Translations under genes and position numbers: made by a program
Shown here: positions 37,595-48,039 of the stretch, piece by piece
How the letters are laid out: every line of letters starts with the position of its first letter
Numbering within the stretch: position 1 is the stretch's first letter
From: an uncultured bacterium
GTDB taxonomy: Bacteria; T1Sed10-126
Direction of reading: 5' to 3'
Assembly (NCBI GenBank): GCA_964631325.1
Contig: CAZVWJ010000012.1
Coordinates: forward strand, 224-64,223
Length of the DNA stretch: 64,000 bases
The notes under the pieces: model-generated
The model's input: the letters and a program-made list of their open reading frames with translations, nothing else
Database searches by the model: none
Told to the model about the DNA's origin: nothing

Positions 37595-38632
37595 TTAACC
37601 CATCGAAAGAGCCATGTAAGCTTTCTGGACGTGAAGCCGGTTTTCGGCAATATCCAGAATAATCGAACGCGGGCCGGAAGCAACTTCATCAGTTGCTTCG
37701 TGGGTCCGGTCCACGGGCATTGGATGGGAGAAAACGCCATCGTCAGTAAGCTTCATCTTCTCCTCGTCACAGATCCAATCCGTGTATTGCATGGCCTTTT
37801 CGATCTCTTGTTCTTTCTTAAATTCACCGTCCTGGTAAGCATCTTCGCTCATCCAGTTCCGAGAATAAACAATGTCCGCGTCCTCGTAAACGTCGACGGG
37901 ATCGTGAGAAATGTCAAAACTGGTCCCGTTTTCCTTGCAGTTCTCCCGGGTCCAGCTGACAACCTCCTCGTCAAGCGCATAGCCTTTCGGGTAGGCGGTG
38001 CGGACATTCATTCCCAACCGGGAACTAATGAGCATACTTTCCTGGACGGAACAGTGGGACCGGGCAAGAGCGCCATGGCCCCAGACGTGGGCAATCGTCA
38101 AGTCCTCGAGATCTTTATCGAAGTGCTTGCGGTAGCCCATCACGTCGGCCAGGCCCTGGCAGGGATGAAACCTGTCGTGGGCAAAACTGACCAGCGGTTT
38201 ATCGAGGTACTTGTCGTATTCCCGAAGCACCTCGTCACCGCGTCCGTAGTAATCAATTTTATCCTCGAGCATGCGGATCCCGACACCGGTTCCGTAGCGG
38301 TTCATCACACCGGCGACGTCTTCAATCGTTTCTCCGCCCTGCTTTTCGGCGTCTTCGTCCAGGGATTCCAGACGCATACTGCCAGGTTCAATGTAGAGTC
38401 CGTGTCCGCCCAGCTCGGTCGCAGCAATCTCAAAGGACTGCCGGGTGCGGACGGAGGGATTGTAAAAGAACATGAGGAAGCTTCGGTCCTGGAGGACAGA
38501 ATTATACTTGTCCGAATACCGGTCCTGCTGCATTTCCTCAGCCAGTTCCACAATCTCCATAATTTCATCGCGAGAAATATCCTGAGTAGTAATCAGGGAC
38601 TTGCCGTTTAAACTGCTATCGCGCAAGGTCAT
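37595..38632 (-). CDS. YgeW-like (knotted) carbamoyltransferase paralog
   Basis: FYNPSVRTRQSFE, HPCQ motifs; 345 aa. Confidence 0.7.
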   Translation of the reverse strand: MTLRDSSLNGKSLITTQDISRDEIMEIVELAEEMQQDRYSDKYNSVLQDRSFLMFFYNPSVRTRQSFEIAATELGGHGLYIEPGSMRLESLDEDAEKQGGETIEDVAGVMNRYGTGVGIRMLEDKIDYYGRGDEVLREYDKYLDKPLVSFAHDRFHPCQGLADVMGYRKHFDKDLEDLTIAHVWGHGALARSHCSVQESMLISSRLGMNVRTAYPKGYALDEEVVSWTRENCKENGTSFDISHDPVDVYEDADIVYSRNWMSEDAYQDGEFKKEQEIEKAMQYTDWICDEEKMKLTDDGVFSHPMPVDRTHEATDEVASGPRSIILDIAENRLHVQKAYMALSMG

Positions 38633-38634
38633 CG

Positions 38635-39675
38635 TTACATCAGCGCTCCCATTACTGCTTTTTGAGCATGCAGTCGATTTTCGGCCTGGTCAAAGACAAC
38701 AGACTGATCGCCGTCCATTACTTCATCAGTGACCTCGAAGCCACGGTCAGCCGGCAGACAATGCATGTAATAGGCATTATCCTTAGCCTTGGCCATCTTC
38801 TCCTGGTCACACTTCCAGTCCTTGTTAGCTTCAAACAGTTCCGTCATCCCGGAATCATCTCCGGCGGCGACGTTCTGAAATTCGTCCTTGGCGCCCCAGC
38901 ACTTGGGATAAACCACGTCGGCGTCTTCGAAAGCCTCGTCCATGTCGTAAGAAACTTCAAAGCTACCGCCGGAATCCTCCGCGTAAGTGTCACAGGCGTC
39001 AAGAATGTCATCGTCCAGTTCGAAGCCTTTCGGCTGAGCCTGGACAACGTCCATTCCCATCTTCGAAGCGGCAATAATAGCCGACTGCGGCACACTCAGC
39101 GGTTTCTCGTAGGAAGGAGAATAGGCCCAGGACATCACAAACTTCTTGTCCTTCAAACTGCCCAGCTTCTCCTTCATTGTCATAACGTCCGTGAGTGCCT
39201 GACAGGGATGGTATTTGTCACATTCCATGTTGAGAATTGGAACGTCAGTCCAGCGAGCAAATTCTTCCATGTAGTTGCTGGCCCGGCCGTAAACCCAGCC
39301 TGTCGGGGGACCATACATCCGGATGGCAATGGCATCCCCGTAACGTTCCAGGACCCGGGCGACGTCGGAAACGCGTTCCGTAGAATACGCTTCCTCATCA
39401 CCTTCTACGGCGGGTGTGTAAATCTTGTCAGAAGCCAGGTAGTGAGCATGGCCACCGAGTTGAGTCATTCCGGACTCGAACGAATTACGGGTCCGAAGCG
39501 ACTGGTTATAAAAAATCATGTAAAGTGATTTATCCTCGAGAAGATGCGAATGCTTCTCCTCCAGGGCAAATCTCCTCTTCAGGTCAAGTCCCAGGTCAAT
39601 AAAAGTACCAATCTCTTCCTGGGAAAAATCCCTTAAGGTAAGAAAATCACGACCACGTAAACTTTTCGTTTGCAT
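38635..39675 (-). CDS. YgeW-like carbamoyltransferase paralog
   Basis: FYNQSLRTRNSFE, HPCQ, HCLPADRG motifs; 346 aa. Confidence 0.7.
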   Translation of the reverse strand: MQTKSLRGRDFLTLRDFSQEEIGTFIDLGLDLKRRFALEEKHSHLLEDKSLYMIFYNQSLRTRNSFESGMTQLGGHAHYLASDKIYTPAVEGDEEAYSTERVSDVARVLERYGDAIAIRMYGPPTGWVYGRASNYMEEFARWTDVPILNMECDKYHPCQALTDVMTMKEKLGSLKDKKFVMSWAYSPSYEKPLSVPQSAIIAASKMGMDVVQAQPKGFELDDDILDACDTYAEDSGGSFEVSYDMDEAFEDADVVYPKCWGAKDEFQNVAAGDDSGMTELFEANKDWKCDQEKMAKAKDNAYYMHCLPADRGFEVTDEVMDGDQSVVFDQAENRLHAQKAVMGALM

Positions 39676-39877
39676 ACAAAAAGCCTCCTTAAAAAAGTAA
39701 GTGTTTTAAAAATAAGATTTGGTCCAGTGTTTCGTGGGCAGTACAGGGGAAATACTGGCCAGAAGCAAACAAGAGTATAAGAAGATAGGAATAATTACTC
39801 AAACTGTCAAGCACAATCCCTGCAAAAGCCAAAAATTGTTCAATTTTCTCAATAGTAAAAAATTGAATACTAATATT

Positions 39878-41260
39878 TTAGGAAATCACCAGAATCAGAT
39901 AATCGTAAATTAAGTTTGGTAAAAATCCCAGCACCAGCACTACCCCTGCTGCGGTAAACAAAACCGCTTTATTGCTCCAGTATTTTTTTTCATCCATTTT
40001 TAGTTCTCCAGCCTCATTTTTCTCCGAAAATAGCAAAGGAGAAAGTAGTCTAAAATAGCAGGAAACCACAATTAACAGACTGACTAAAGCAAGACCGGTA
40101 AAAACAAAAAAATTAGCCCCAATGCCTGCCAGACATACGATTGTTTTTGCTGCAAAACCTGCCAGAGGCGGGAAGCCGGCCAGGGAAAGAAAAAGAATCC
40201 CCCCGGAGAAGGAGATTAATTTATTAGCTGACGGAAGTGAACTTATTGTGGCTATTGCAATTTTTTCTTCGCTTTCGGATTTAATTAACTGCAGGAGACC
40301 GGCAACCCCCATAAAAGCAGAAGTCGAGACGGTAAGGTAAAAAAGAACAGCCCGAGCGCCAGGTAAAGTCCCGGTTGCAAGTCCCAGTGTAACAAAACCG
40401 GAACGAAAAACTACCGTCCAGGCCAACAACCGTTTAAAATAATTTTGAGCAAAAGTGAAAAGACTACCTACAAGCAGTGAAATTATTGTAAAAAACAGAA
40501 ACAAATAAATCCAGGCAACGGGTATACCAGGACGTAAATAAAGCATCACTCTCAAAAGGAAACTTATTAAAGCAATTTGATAAGAGGTGGAAAGGAGAGC
40601 AAAAAGTGGCAAGGGTATCCCTTCCAGAACATCAGGTAGCCAGAAATAAAACGGTCCCAGACCAAGTTTTATCGCAACTCCGGTAACTACAATTAAAACC
40701 GAAAAGGTTACAACCGGAGACTGTGCACCGGTAAGAGCTGCTAACCCGGCCGAATGGGTGGCCAAATAAAATAAGACAATCCCCAGTAAAACAACTGCGC
40801 TGCCAATAAGATTAAAAAGATAAAATTTCAATCCAGCTTCAACAGTATGATTGCCGGGTTTATAAAGACAAAGAAAATAAAAAGCAACGGACACAAGTTC
40901 CGCTCCTACCAGGAAAACAAAAAGATTTTCAGTATAAACTACAGCAAGCAGTCCAACAGTAAGTGAAAGAACAAAAAATGACCATTCGCTATAGTTGAGT
41001 TTGTGGGTCTCCAGGTAAGGATAAGAATAGCCAAGCACCCCCAACTGAGCAACCAAAACAAGCACTCCCGCATAATTAGAGAGAGGAGAAAATTTAAATC
41101 CGGAGATGGAACCGGTAAAATTTACAAGAGTCAGACCTATTGCGATAACAATTGCAACCCCGGCCCAGACAAGAACTGTTGGAGTATCCGAGGCCACAGT
41201 TCGCCAGAGCAAAATGGCAAGAGCAGTAAAAATAATTATCCCGGGGGCAAATAAGCTCAT
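39878..41260 (-). CDS. nuoN: complex I antiporter-like subunit N
   Basis: polytopic membrane protein; position and size (460 aa) in nuo operon. Confidence 0.6.
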   Translation of the reverse strand: MSLFAPGIIIFTALAILLWRTVASDTPTVLVWAGVAIVIAIGLTLVNFTGSISGFKFSPLSNYAGVLVLVAQLGVLGYSYPYLETHKLNYSEWSFFVLSLTVGLLAVVYTENLFVFLVGAELVSVAFYFLCLYKPGNHTVEAGLKFYLFNLIGSAVVLLGIVLFYLATHSAGLAALTGAQSPVVTFSVLIVVTGVAIKLGLGPFYFWLPDVLEGIPLPLFALLSTSYQIALISFLLRVMLYLRPGIPVAWIYLFLFFTIISLLVGSLFTFAQNYFKRLLAWTVVFRSGFVTLGLATGTLPGARAVLFYLTVSTSAFMGVAGLLQLIKSESEEKIAIATISSLPSANKLISFSGGILFLSLAGFPPLAGFAAKTIVCLAGIGANFFVFTGLALVSLLIVVSCYFRLLSPLLFSEKNEAGELKMDEKKYWSNKAVLFTAAGVVLVLGFLPNLIYDYLILVIS

Positions 41261-42810
41261 AGAGTGTCCCCGCCCTTCAAACTATATCCCCGGGTAAAAT
41301 GGACCGGTCTCCGGGCCCGGGAAGGAAGCTGGTGAGGTAACTGTTGAATACTTTGATTGCGGGTAATAATCCTATTCACAACCGGTCGCAGAGGTTGGTA
41401 AAGATATTGAGGAGCAACTCCCAACCAGAGGATCAAAAAAACAAAAATGGCCAGAAGAACATATCCCAATCTGGAAACCGGTTTATCTTTAAGAATACAT
41501 TCAGAACCGGATACAAAAACCGCGTGGTGAATAAATTTTAAAGCAAAGGGAAGCGACAGAAGAACAGTCAGCAAACTGGCGCCCAGCAGGAGAGGATTTG
41601 CAGTTAAAGTCGAAAAAATTGCCACTCTCCCGATAAAACCGGAAGTGCCAATCAAACCTATAGAAGCAAATAAAAGAAAAATAAGAATAGCAGCCATTCC
41701 CGGGTGTGAGTCAGCCAGGCCCTGAAAAACCGATAAATTAGCAGGGGCGGCGCGATTTCTAAAAAATCCAACAAAGAAAAATAAACCGGTAACAATTAAA
41801 CTATAACTGAGCGCCTGATACAGGGCTCCGGTAATACTGCTGGTTGAGAGGTTGAACAGTCCCAGAAATACAACCCCCAGTTGTCCGTAAGCCGAATAAA
41901 TTATCAATTTTAAATAATTATCCTGCAACCAGGCAGCCAAGAAACAATACCCGGTCTGAAATATAGCCAGTAAACTCAGCCACCAAGTATAATCTACCAG
42001 CCAGGAATAGGTCAGGGGATATAAAAAACGGACAAAACCATAAATACCGGTATTAATAACAATACCGACGAATAAAACCGCAAAAGCCGGAGAAAGCTCT
42101 TTTAACAAAGCAGTAGTTTTACCATGCAGAGGAAACAGGGCTGACCTGAGTCCAAAGCTCAAAAGCAATCCCAAAAATATCCAGCCCGTGCCGGGCACTT
42201 CAAGGGCGGAAAGCTCAGAAAATCTCAAACCACTTCCCGCAAGCTGTTGTAAGTTCAAATAGTAGATAAACATAACTACAAAAAATAGCAAAAAGCTGCC
42301 GGCCAGTGAACGAATCAGGTAACGGTGAGCCACTTTTTCATCACTTGACCGAACAACGAGCAAGTATACAGGAATGAGCAAAAATTCCCAGAAAAAGTAA
42401 AAAAGGAATACGTCCCGGGAAAAATAAAGTCCAAACAGGGTTCCGGCAGCCAGAAGGAAAGCCGGATAAAAATAAGCGGGCTGTTCAAGTTTTTCCAGGA
42501 GAAGATAAAGGAGGACAAGTAAAAGTAAAAAAACTGTAAAAAAGAAGAAAACAGAGCTGAGCAAGTCAGCAGCCAGAAGGAATTTTGAGTCAAGTGGAGC
42601 GAGAAACCAGTTGAAATTTACCGCTGACCAGAAACCAATCAGAGGCCGCGAACTGTGGGCGGGAAGCCAGCTCCAGACCACAGCTCCAACCACTCCCGGG
42701 AGCCCAACCGCCAAAAATGTCCACCAAATTGAGTAGCGTTCCGCCGGTGAAAAATAAAAAAGAGCCGTGGCAATTAGATAGGGAAACAAAACAATAAACA
42801 AAAGTAACAT
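41257..42810 (-). CDS. nuoM: complex I antiporter-like subunit M
   Basis: 517-aa polytopic membrane protein, operon position. Confidence 0.6.
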   Translation of the reverse strand: MLLLFIVLFPYLIATALFYFSPAERYSIWWTFLAVGLPGVVGAVVWSWLPAHSSRPLIGFWSAVNFNWFLAPLDSKFLLAADLLSSVFFFFTVFLLLLVLLYLLLEKLEQPAYFYPAFLLAAGTLFGLYFSRDVFLFYFFWEFLLIPVYLLVVRSSDEKVAHRYLIRSLAGSFLLFFVVMFIYYLNLQQLAGSGLRFSELSALEVPGTGWIFLGLLLSFGLRSALFPLHGKTTALLKELSPAFAVLFVGIVINTGIYGFVRFLYPLTYSWLVDYTWWLSLLAIFQTGYCFLAAWLQDNYLKLIIYSAYGQLGVVFLGLFNLSTSSITGALYQALSYSLIVTGLFFFVGFFRNRAAPANLSVFQGLADSHPGMAAILIFLLFASIGLIGTSGFIGRVAIFSTLTANPLLLGASLLTVLLSLPFALKFIHHAVFVSGSECILKDKPVSRLGYVLLAIFVFLILWLGVAPQYLYQPLRPVVNRIITRNQSIQQLPHQLPSRARRPVHFTRGYSLKGGDTL

Positions 42811-42879
42811 TTAAGTCCTCCGAATCAGCCAGATAAATTCAACAGCCAAGTGCAACATAAAACATCAACGACTTCCACT

Positions 42880-42990
42880 ATAGCTCCCCTCCCCTGATGG
42901 GAGGTAATTAAGGGAAGGGGGATGATAACGTGAACAGTGTTCACCCCCACCTAACCTCCCTCATCAGGGTGAGGGATGTTGGAAGGGAAA
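42880..42990. repeat. GC-rich hairpin repeat in nuoM-nuoL intergenic gap (related copy at 60375-60535)
   Basis: cccctgatgggaggtaattaagggaagggggatg vs cccttgatgggggaggactaaggtgggggtgaaa; local hairpins ccctca..tgaggg. Confidence 0.5.
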
Positions 42991-43056
42991 TTGTTGCATT
43001 TGTTAATTGAATCCAAGGCTCATAATTTAACGCAGACACACATATTATTTACCACT

Positions 43057-44895
43057 CTAATACAAACAAAGTAAGTACAGGCACAGAATTATAAAAGTAA
43101 GACCGAAAACACAAAAGCGGAGATACCGGCTAAGCTGACCTGGCTGTTGAAATCGAAGCAAAGTGCTGCACACTCCGAGAATTTTTTCCACACTGTTCCA
43201 GGCCGGTTCAATAATATTTTTCTCGCTAATTTGTATACTTTTTCGAGTAAAATTTTGAACCGGATAAACGAAAATCCCAGTAATCATCTGTCGTGGGGAA
43301 AAATTAAAAATGGATATTTTCTGAGACAAACCTCTAAAACTACTTGTAAATCGAAGCCAATTTACTTCCCGAACATAAAGTAAATAAGCAATAAAAATAA
43401 TCCCAATTTCAAACATTACTTCCAACAGAAGGAAATAACCGTTTAGAGCCCAAAAATTTAAAAAAGTGAGCGGGAAATAAATAGTTCCCATCAAAAATCC
43501 CCCGAAAATAGCGAAAGGAGATAATCCCAGGATAGAATAACGAAGTAATTTTCTATCTTCATGTACGGTGCCGGGGGGACGGCGGTTACTGACAAACAAA
43601 ACAAAGATAAGCCGAAAAGAATAAAAGATAGTCAGGTAGCGAACAACCAGAAGACCAACAAAATAGATGAAATTAAGGCCGCTGAAAATTTTCCCCACGG
43701 CTGGAAACAAAGAGATGTAGGACCAGAAGCCACCAAACGGAGGAATACCGGCGAGACTGAGAGAACCAACAATTGTTCCAAAGGCAGTTACCGGAACAAT
43801 CTTTCCCAGCCCCCCCAGTTCAAATAGATCGTATTTTTGACAGGTCAAAGTTAGCACTCCAAGGGAAAGAAAAATCAATATTCTCGCAAAAGCCTGGTTT
43901 AGTAAATGAAAAATTGCGCCGGAAAACAAGCTATTTCCGACCACGGCAAACAATAAACCAAGCTGACTCAGGGAAGAAAAAGAAAGGAATTTTTTCAAAT
44001 CTCGTGCCCTGGCGGCAACCAAAGCTCCGAAAATTGCCGTTACTAATCCTACGGGAACAATTATCCTTTTAAACCACAAGAAGCCTGAGAATATAAAATC
44101 AAAACGATGCAGAAAATAAATACCGCAAATCGGCAAAATAACAGTTTGAATAAAGCCGCCGCCCGGGAGGGGTCCGGAAAGGGTATTAGAAAGCCAGGCA
44201 TAAAATGGAAACTGAGCAGTTTTAATAATTATTCCAAACAACAAAAGTGTTCCCAAGTAAAATTGAGTCGCGGGCTGAAGTTCGGAAATTAAACTGACCA
44301 GCCCATCTATTTGCGTGCTTCCACCAAGTTCAGCAAGGTAAATAAAACCGGCAAACAAGAATACTGAACCCAGTAGATTAAACGAAAAAGTTACGTTGGA
44401 ACGGGCTCCAGTCTCTTCGCTCTGATTCCAGTAGCCGGAAAACAGGTAAAGGAACACAGACAGCACTTCCCAGGTTAAAAGAAGGAGAAAAAGATCACCG
44501 GCGGCAAGAAAAAAGAGAAAATTCACGGTCAATAAATTTAAAAACGTAAAATAGGTCGAGGGACGAGAAGATTCAACAAAATCAAGTGAATAAAACTGAA
44601 CGAAAAAATTAACAGTGGTTACAACCGTGTAAAATATCAGAGTGTAAACAGTAAAAGAAAAAGTAAAGGTAAAAGTGAATTCATCGAGTTGAATCAGTTG
44701 ATAGAAGGGCCAGGGATCAGTAGCACCAACTCCAACTAATAGTGATATCCAGGCAAGGAGAGCAGCAACACAGGCTCCGGTAACTGAAAGTCGTGATTTC
44801 AACCTGAAGTCATAGGCGTTAAAATTCACCAGGTTGAACAGAGCCGGATAAACAAGAGCGAGTGTCATCAAGATAAAAAAGATTAATGTGACCAA
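43057..44895 (-). CDS. nuoL: complex I antiporter-like subunit L
   Basis: 612-aa polytopic membrane protein, operon position. Confidence 0.6.
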   Translation of the reverse strand: MVTLIFFILMTLALVYPALFNLVNFNAYDFRLKSRLSVTGACVAALLAWISLLVGVGATDPWPFYQLIQLDEFTFTFTFSFTVYTLIFYTVVTTVNFFVQFYSLDFVESSRPSTYFTFLNLLTVNFLFFLAAGDLFLLLLTWEVLSVFLYLFSGYWNQSEETGARSNVTFSFNLLGSVFLFAGFIYLAELGGSTQIDGLVSLISELQPATQFYLGTLLLFGIIIKTAQFPFYAWLSNTLSGPLPGGGFIQTVILPICGIYFLHRFDFIFSGFLWFKRIIVPVGLVTAIFGALVAARARDLKKFLSFSSLSQLGLLFAVVGNSLFSGAIFHLLNQAFARILIFLSLGVLTLTCQKYDLFELGGLGKIVPVTAFGTIVGSLSLAGIPPFGGFWSYISLFPAVGKIFSGLNFIYFVGLLVVRYLTIFYSFRLIFVLFVSNRRPPGTVHEDRKLLRYSILGLSPFAIFGGFLMGTIYFPLTFLNFWALNGYFLLLEVMFEIGIIFIAYLLYVREVNWLRFTSSFRGLSQKISIFNFSPRQMITGIFVYPVQNFTRKSIQISEKNIIEPAWNSVEKILGVCSTLLRFQQPGQLSRYLRFCVFGLTFIILCLYLLCLY

Positions 44896-44899
44896 AATA

Positions 44900-45196
44900 T
44901 CACCATTTTAACTCCGAATAACAATCCGGATCCGGGACTTCTCCAACCCGGGTTAAATACACCATCAACAGAGAACCACAAACAAAATTACAGAAAAAAG
45001 CAGTAAGAATAAAAAGGACATACCCCCGGTCAGATTCAAGGGCAAGAAACTGGGCCATGACACTGACTAAAAAACTGAGTGCAATTATCATAAGTTCGGC
45101 GGAAAGCAAAATATTCAATAAATTTTTCCGGTAAAATAGACCAAAAAAACCTATTAAAAAGAGCAACAATCCAAGCAGTAGATAATAAAAATACAT
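44900..45196 (-). CDS. nuoK: complex I subunit K
   Basis: 98 aa, 3 TM, operon position. Confidence 0.6.
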   Translation of the reverse strand: MYFYYLLLGLLLFLIGFFGLFYRKNLLNILLSAELMIIALSFLVSVMAQFLALESDRGYVLFILTAFFCNFVCGSLLMVYLTRVGEVPDPDCYSELKW

Positions 45197-45213
45197 TATT
45201 GCTTACTCCTCCC

Positions 45214-45726
45214 CTACTCTTCCCCGGAAAAATCAAGTAAATATATACTGCCCACGAGGGTGACAACCAGCAAGAGGGCAAGTAATGAAAATACGGCAAA
45301 ATAATTTTGAGCGGCTAATTCGGCTGTAAACTGTAATGCTCCGCCACCGGCCAGAGAAAAAGCAAAATCTCCAGGCAATCCGGGAGCGTAACTTAATTTC
45401 AAAAAGATAAGTAAAAGGAGCAGTCCCAGAAGTAGAACTTGGAGAAAGATAAAAAAATTCACAGCGTCTAAACGCAAAAAAGTTTCACCAGATGATTGTG
45501 AACACAAAAGTATAGCAAAAACAAAAGCACCACTGGTGCCCCCACCAAAAAATACCATCAAAAACAATCCCAGAAAAGGACGGTTCAACAGAAAAAAAAG
45601 TACCCCGAGGCCAAATAGTACTACCAGCAGACCGAGTAAATTCTGAAAAAACGAACGGCTAAAGATTACAACGGTTGCTCCAACAAGAGAAATTAAAGCC
45701 ATGAGAAAAAATAAAAGCTGTTCCAT
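45214..45726 (-). CDS. nuoJ: complex I subunit J
   Basis: 170 aa membrane protein, operon position. Confidence 0.55.
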   Translation of the reverse strand: MEQLLFFLMALISLVGATVVIFSRSFFQNLLGLLVVLFGLGVLFFLLNRPFLGLFLMVFFGGGTSGAFVFAILLCSQSSGETFLRLDAVNFFIFLQVLLLGLLLLLIFLKLSYAPGLPGDFAFSLAGGGALQFTAELAAQNYFAVFSLLALLLVVTLVGSIYLLDFSGEE

Positions 45727-46934
45727 TATTTTTCACCTGACCGTGCCCGTCGAGGTTCTATCAATTTAACAGTATTCGTATTATCAGGATAAAGTTGCCC
45801 TGAAACAAGGCTCAAAAAAATAATTACAAGCCAGACAAGTTGAACAGACACCCAGTAAAAAACTGAAACGGGAAAAATCAACTTAAGCAGCCCGGCTAAC
45901 AAAAGATTACACCAGGTCAGAGGAATTAAATACTGCCAGCACAAATTCATTAATTGAGGATATTTTAACCGGGGGTAAAAAGTAGCGAGCCGGACCAGTA
46001 AATAAATAATCAGCCCTGTTTTAAGCCCAAACCAACCAAGGTGCCAGAATAAATTAAATCCCGGAAAAAAACCATCAATGACCGGGGGAAACAAACTGCT
46101 TACCGGGGGGACCCAGCCACCGAGAAATAGAACCGTAAACAAACTGGCCTGTGCAAATAAGACAAGATACTGAGTAAACACAGTAAAAAAGCTAATTTTA
46201 CGGTTGACCGAAAATTCAGGTTCTAATCCTTCTAAATAGAAAGTAAAACGCCGGTGGAAGAAAAAAATGATAATTAAATAAAGAACAGCTAACAGAGGCT
46301 GATAAAACAATAACCACCCCTGGTTCAGTTGATATTTAACAATTTGAAACAAATTAAGGGAGCCGGAGCAAATTACCAGACCGGGGAGAACGAAAACCCA
46401 GGCAAACAAGAGGGAAAACAGTAAAGCCAACTCCCGGATTTTACTCCACCCTGACTCCGAGCTCCAGAGCCTGGGGAGCTGGCCGAGAAAAAACAGAAAC
46501 ACACAGACCACCACAATGAGCAGACCTAATTCGGGAGTGGCGACAACAAGTAGAGGAAACTCGGATAGTCCGGGATGTAGTTGTGATAGTGAGAGGCTAA
46601 CTCGACCAAACGGAAGCACAGCAAACAGAAAAAGAAAACCAGTGACTGAAATTACGTTTCCAAGTCGAACAAATAAATGGTAATTGGCCGATTTAGTTCC
46701 GGTTTCATCCAGCCTCCCCGGGTTATTCGTTCCAACTGGAGGCAACCACTTTTGAGAATTAAATGGGGATATTATAAAGTCAGTAACTTTTATTTGAGCG
46801 GAGAAAAAATAAACCAACCCCCCGATTATGACTAAAATTAAAATTAAAAAAAACAGGGATTTAGAGACCAGGGCAATGCAAAATAAAAACCAGTAATAAA
46901 TTTTAACCACTTCCCCCGGAAATCGTAAGGTCAA
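45726..46934 (-). CDS. nuoH: complex I subunit H with N-terminal extension
   Basis: C-terminal LVRLATFYPRLKYPQLMNLCWQYLIPL matches NuoH R-x-PR-x-R-x-DQL motif; 402 aa. Confidence 0.7.
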   Translation of the reverse strand: MTLRFPGEVVKIYYWFLFCIALVSKSLFFLILILVIIGGLVYFFSAQIKVTDFIISPFNSQKWLPPVGTNNPGRLDETGTKSANYHLFVRLGNVISVTGFLFLFAVLPFGRVSLSLSQLHPGLSEFPLLVVATPELGLLIVVVCVFLFFLGQLPRLWSSESGWSKIRELALLFSLLFAWVFVLPGLVICSGSLNLFQIVKYQLNQGWLLFYQPLLAVLYLIIIFFFHRRFTFYLEGLEPEFSVNRKISFFTVFTQYLVLFAQASLFTVLFLGGWVPPVSSLFPPVIDGFFPGFNLFWHLGWFGLKTGLIIYLLVRLATFYPRLKYPQLMNLCWQYLIPLTWCNLLLAGLLKLIFPVSVFYWVSVQLVWLVIIFLSLVSGQLYPDNTNTVKLIEPRRARSGEK

Positions 46935-48039
46935 AACTTGAAATTATGGCCCGACTATCGGCAAGGCTGGTAGCTTCAACTAATTTTTGTAAAACAAAGT
47001 AATTATGGGATGCCGGATTTCGTTGGTAGAACCGAAGACAATCAGATTGGGGGCGGGATTCGACAGACCAACCTAATTCTCCGGCCGGGGCTTCCAGACA
47101 ATAATAAAATTCCCCGGTCGGAAGGTCGTTATCTTTAACCTCAAGAACAAAATCGTCGGATTTTTTAATGTTGGTTAACGGCCGGAGTGCTCGACCAGAA
47201 TTCAGCGGTCCCTCCGCCTCTATATTCTCCAGACACTGCTCAAGAATATATAGGCTCTGCTGGATTTCCTTGAATCGAACCAGAAACCGATCATAACTGT
47301 CCCCGTGTTCCCCGACGGGAAGACTGAAATCAACAGAGTCAAACATAAAATAAGGTTCAGCAGAACGCAAATCCCAATTAACCCCCGTAGCCCGCAAACA
47401 TGGACCGGTTAACGACCAGTCGAGCGCCGGCTCAATCGCCAGTTCACCCACCTGCCGGGTGCGTTTTTTAAAAAAAATGGAGAAAAAGTATCTCTTTTCA
47501 AAAAACTGTAAAGAAGAAGTGAGTTGATCCAGAACAGATTGAAAAACTGAATGAAAGTTTGTGGGTAATGGTCCTTTGAAACCACCCATTCGAACCAGGT
47601 TCTTACCAAAGGGGGTGCTATTAATTTGAGCAAGTGCCCGGGAAATAACCTGGTGGGCTGAGAGAAGATTATCTGCCGGTAAAGCTGCTCCTAAATTTCG
47701 AAATCCACCGGCCAATAAACTCAGATGAGCCCGGATTCGAAACAATTCACTAAAAAATGTCCGCAGCCAACTGGCCCGGCGGGGAATTTTCCGGTCCAGA
47801 AAATTTTCAAGCGCCATAACCAGAGCCAGTTGAGACCAGGAAAACTGTTGCAGGTCCGGAGACTCAGGAGGCTGTTTTTCAGTCGACGCCGCAGTAGATA
47901 TTTCTACCGGGAGTTTAGCGGCTTCTATAAACTCAGCAGTCTTTACCCGGCCATTTTTAAGATGAAGTTTAATTGCCCCGGCTTGATTGTTTCCCGGTAA
48001 AGGAACCAGAAAAGTTGAAGCTTCAACTTGAGTAATCAT
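46903..48039 (-). CDS. nuoD: complex I 49-kDa subunit homolog (NuoD-like), divergent, lacking conserved quinone-site His/Tyr
   Basis: aligns with Nqo4 over ALENFLDRKIPRRASWLRTFFSELFRIRAHL, VRMGGFKGPLP, LTGPCLRATGVNWDLR, PTGEFYYCLEAPAGELGW; N-terminal GPQHPxxHG replaced by LPGNNQAGA. Confidence 0.7.
   Translation of the reverse strand: MITQVEASTFLVPLPGNNQAGAIKLHLKNGRVKTAEFIEAAKLPVEISTAASTEKQPPESPDLQQFSWSQLALVMALENFLDRKIPRRASWLRTFFSELFRIRAHLSLLAGGFRNLGAALPADNLLSAHQVISRALAQINSTPFGKNLVRMGGFKGPLPTNFHSVFQSVLDQLTSSLQFFEKRYFFSIFFKKRTRQVGELAIEPALDWSLTGPCLRATGVNWDLRSAEPYFMFDSVDFSLPVGEHGDSYDRFLVRFKEIQQSLYILEQCLENIEAEGPLNSGRALRPLTNIKKSDDFVLEVKDNDLPTGEFYYCLEAPAGELGWSVESRPQSDCLRFYQRNPASHNYFVLQKLVEATSLADSRAIISSFDLTISGGSG

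Noticed and set aside
37631-39528. Long plus-strand ORFs of 326 aa and 288 aa
   Set aside because: They are antisense to the two YgeW-like carbamoyltransferase genes, whose frames carry the STRTR/HPCQ motifs.
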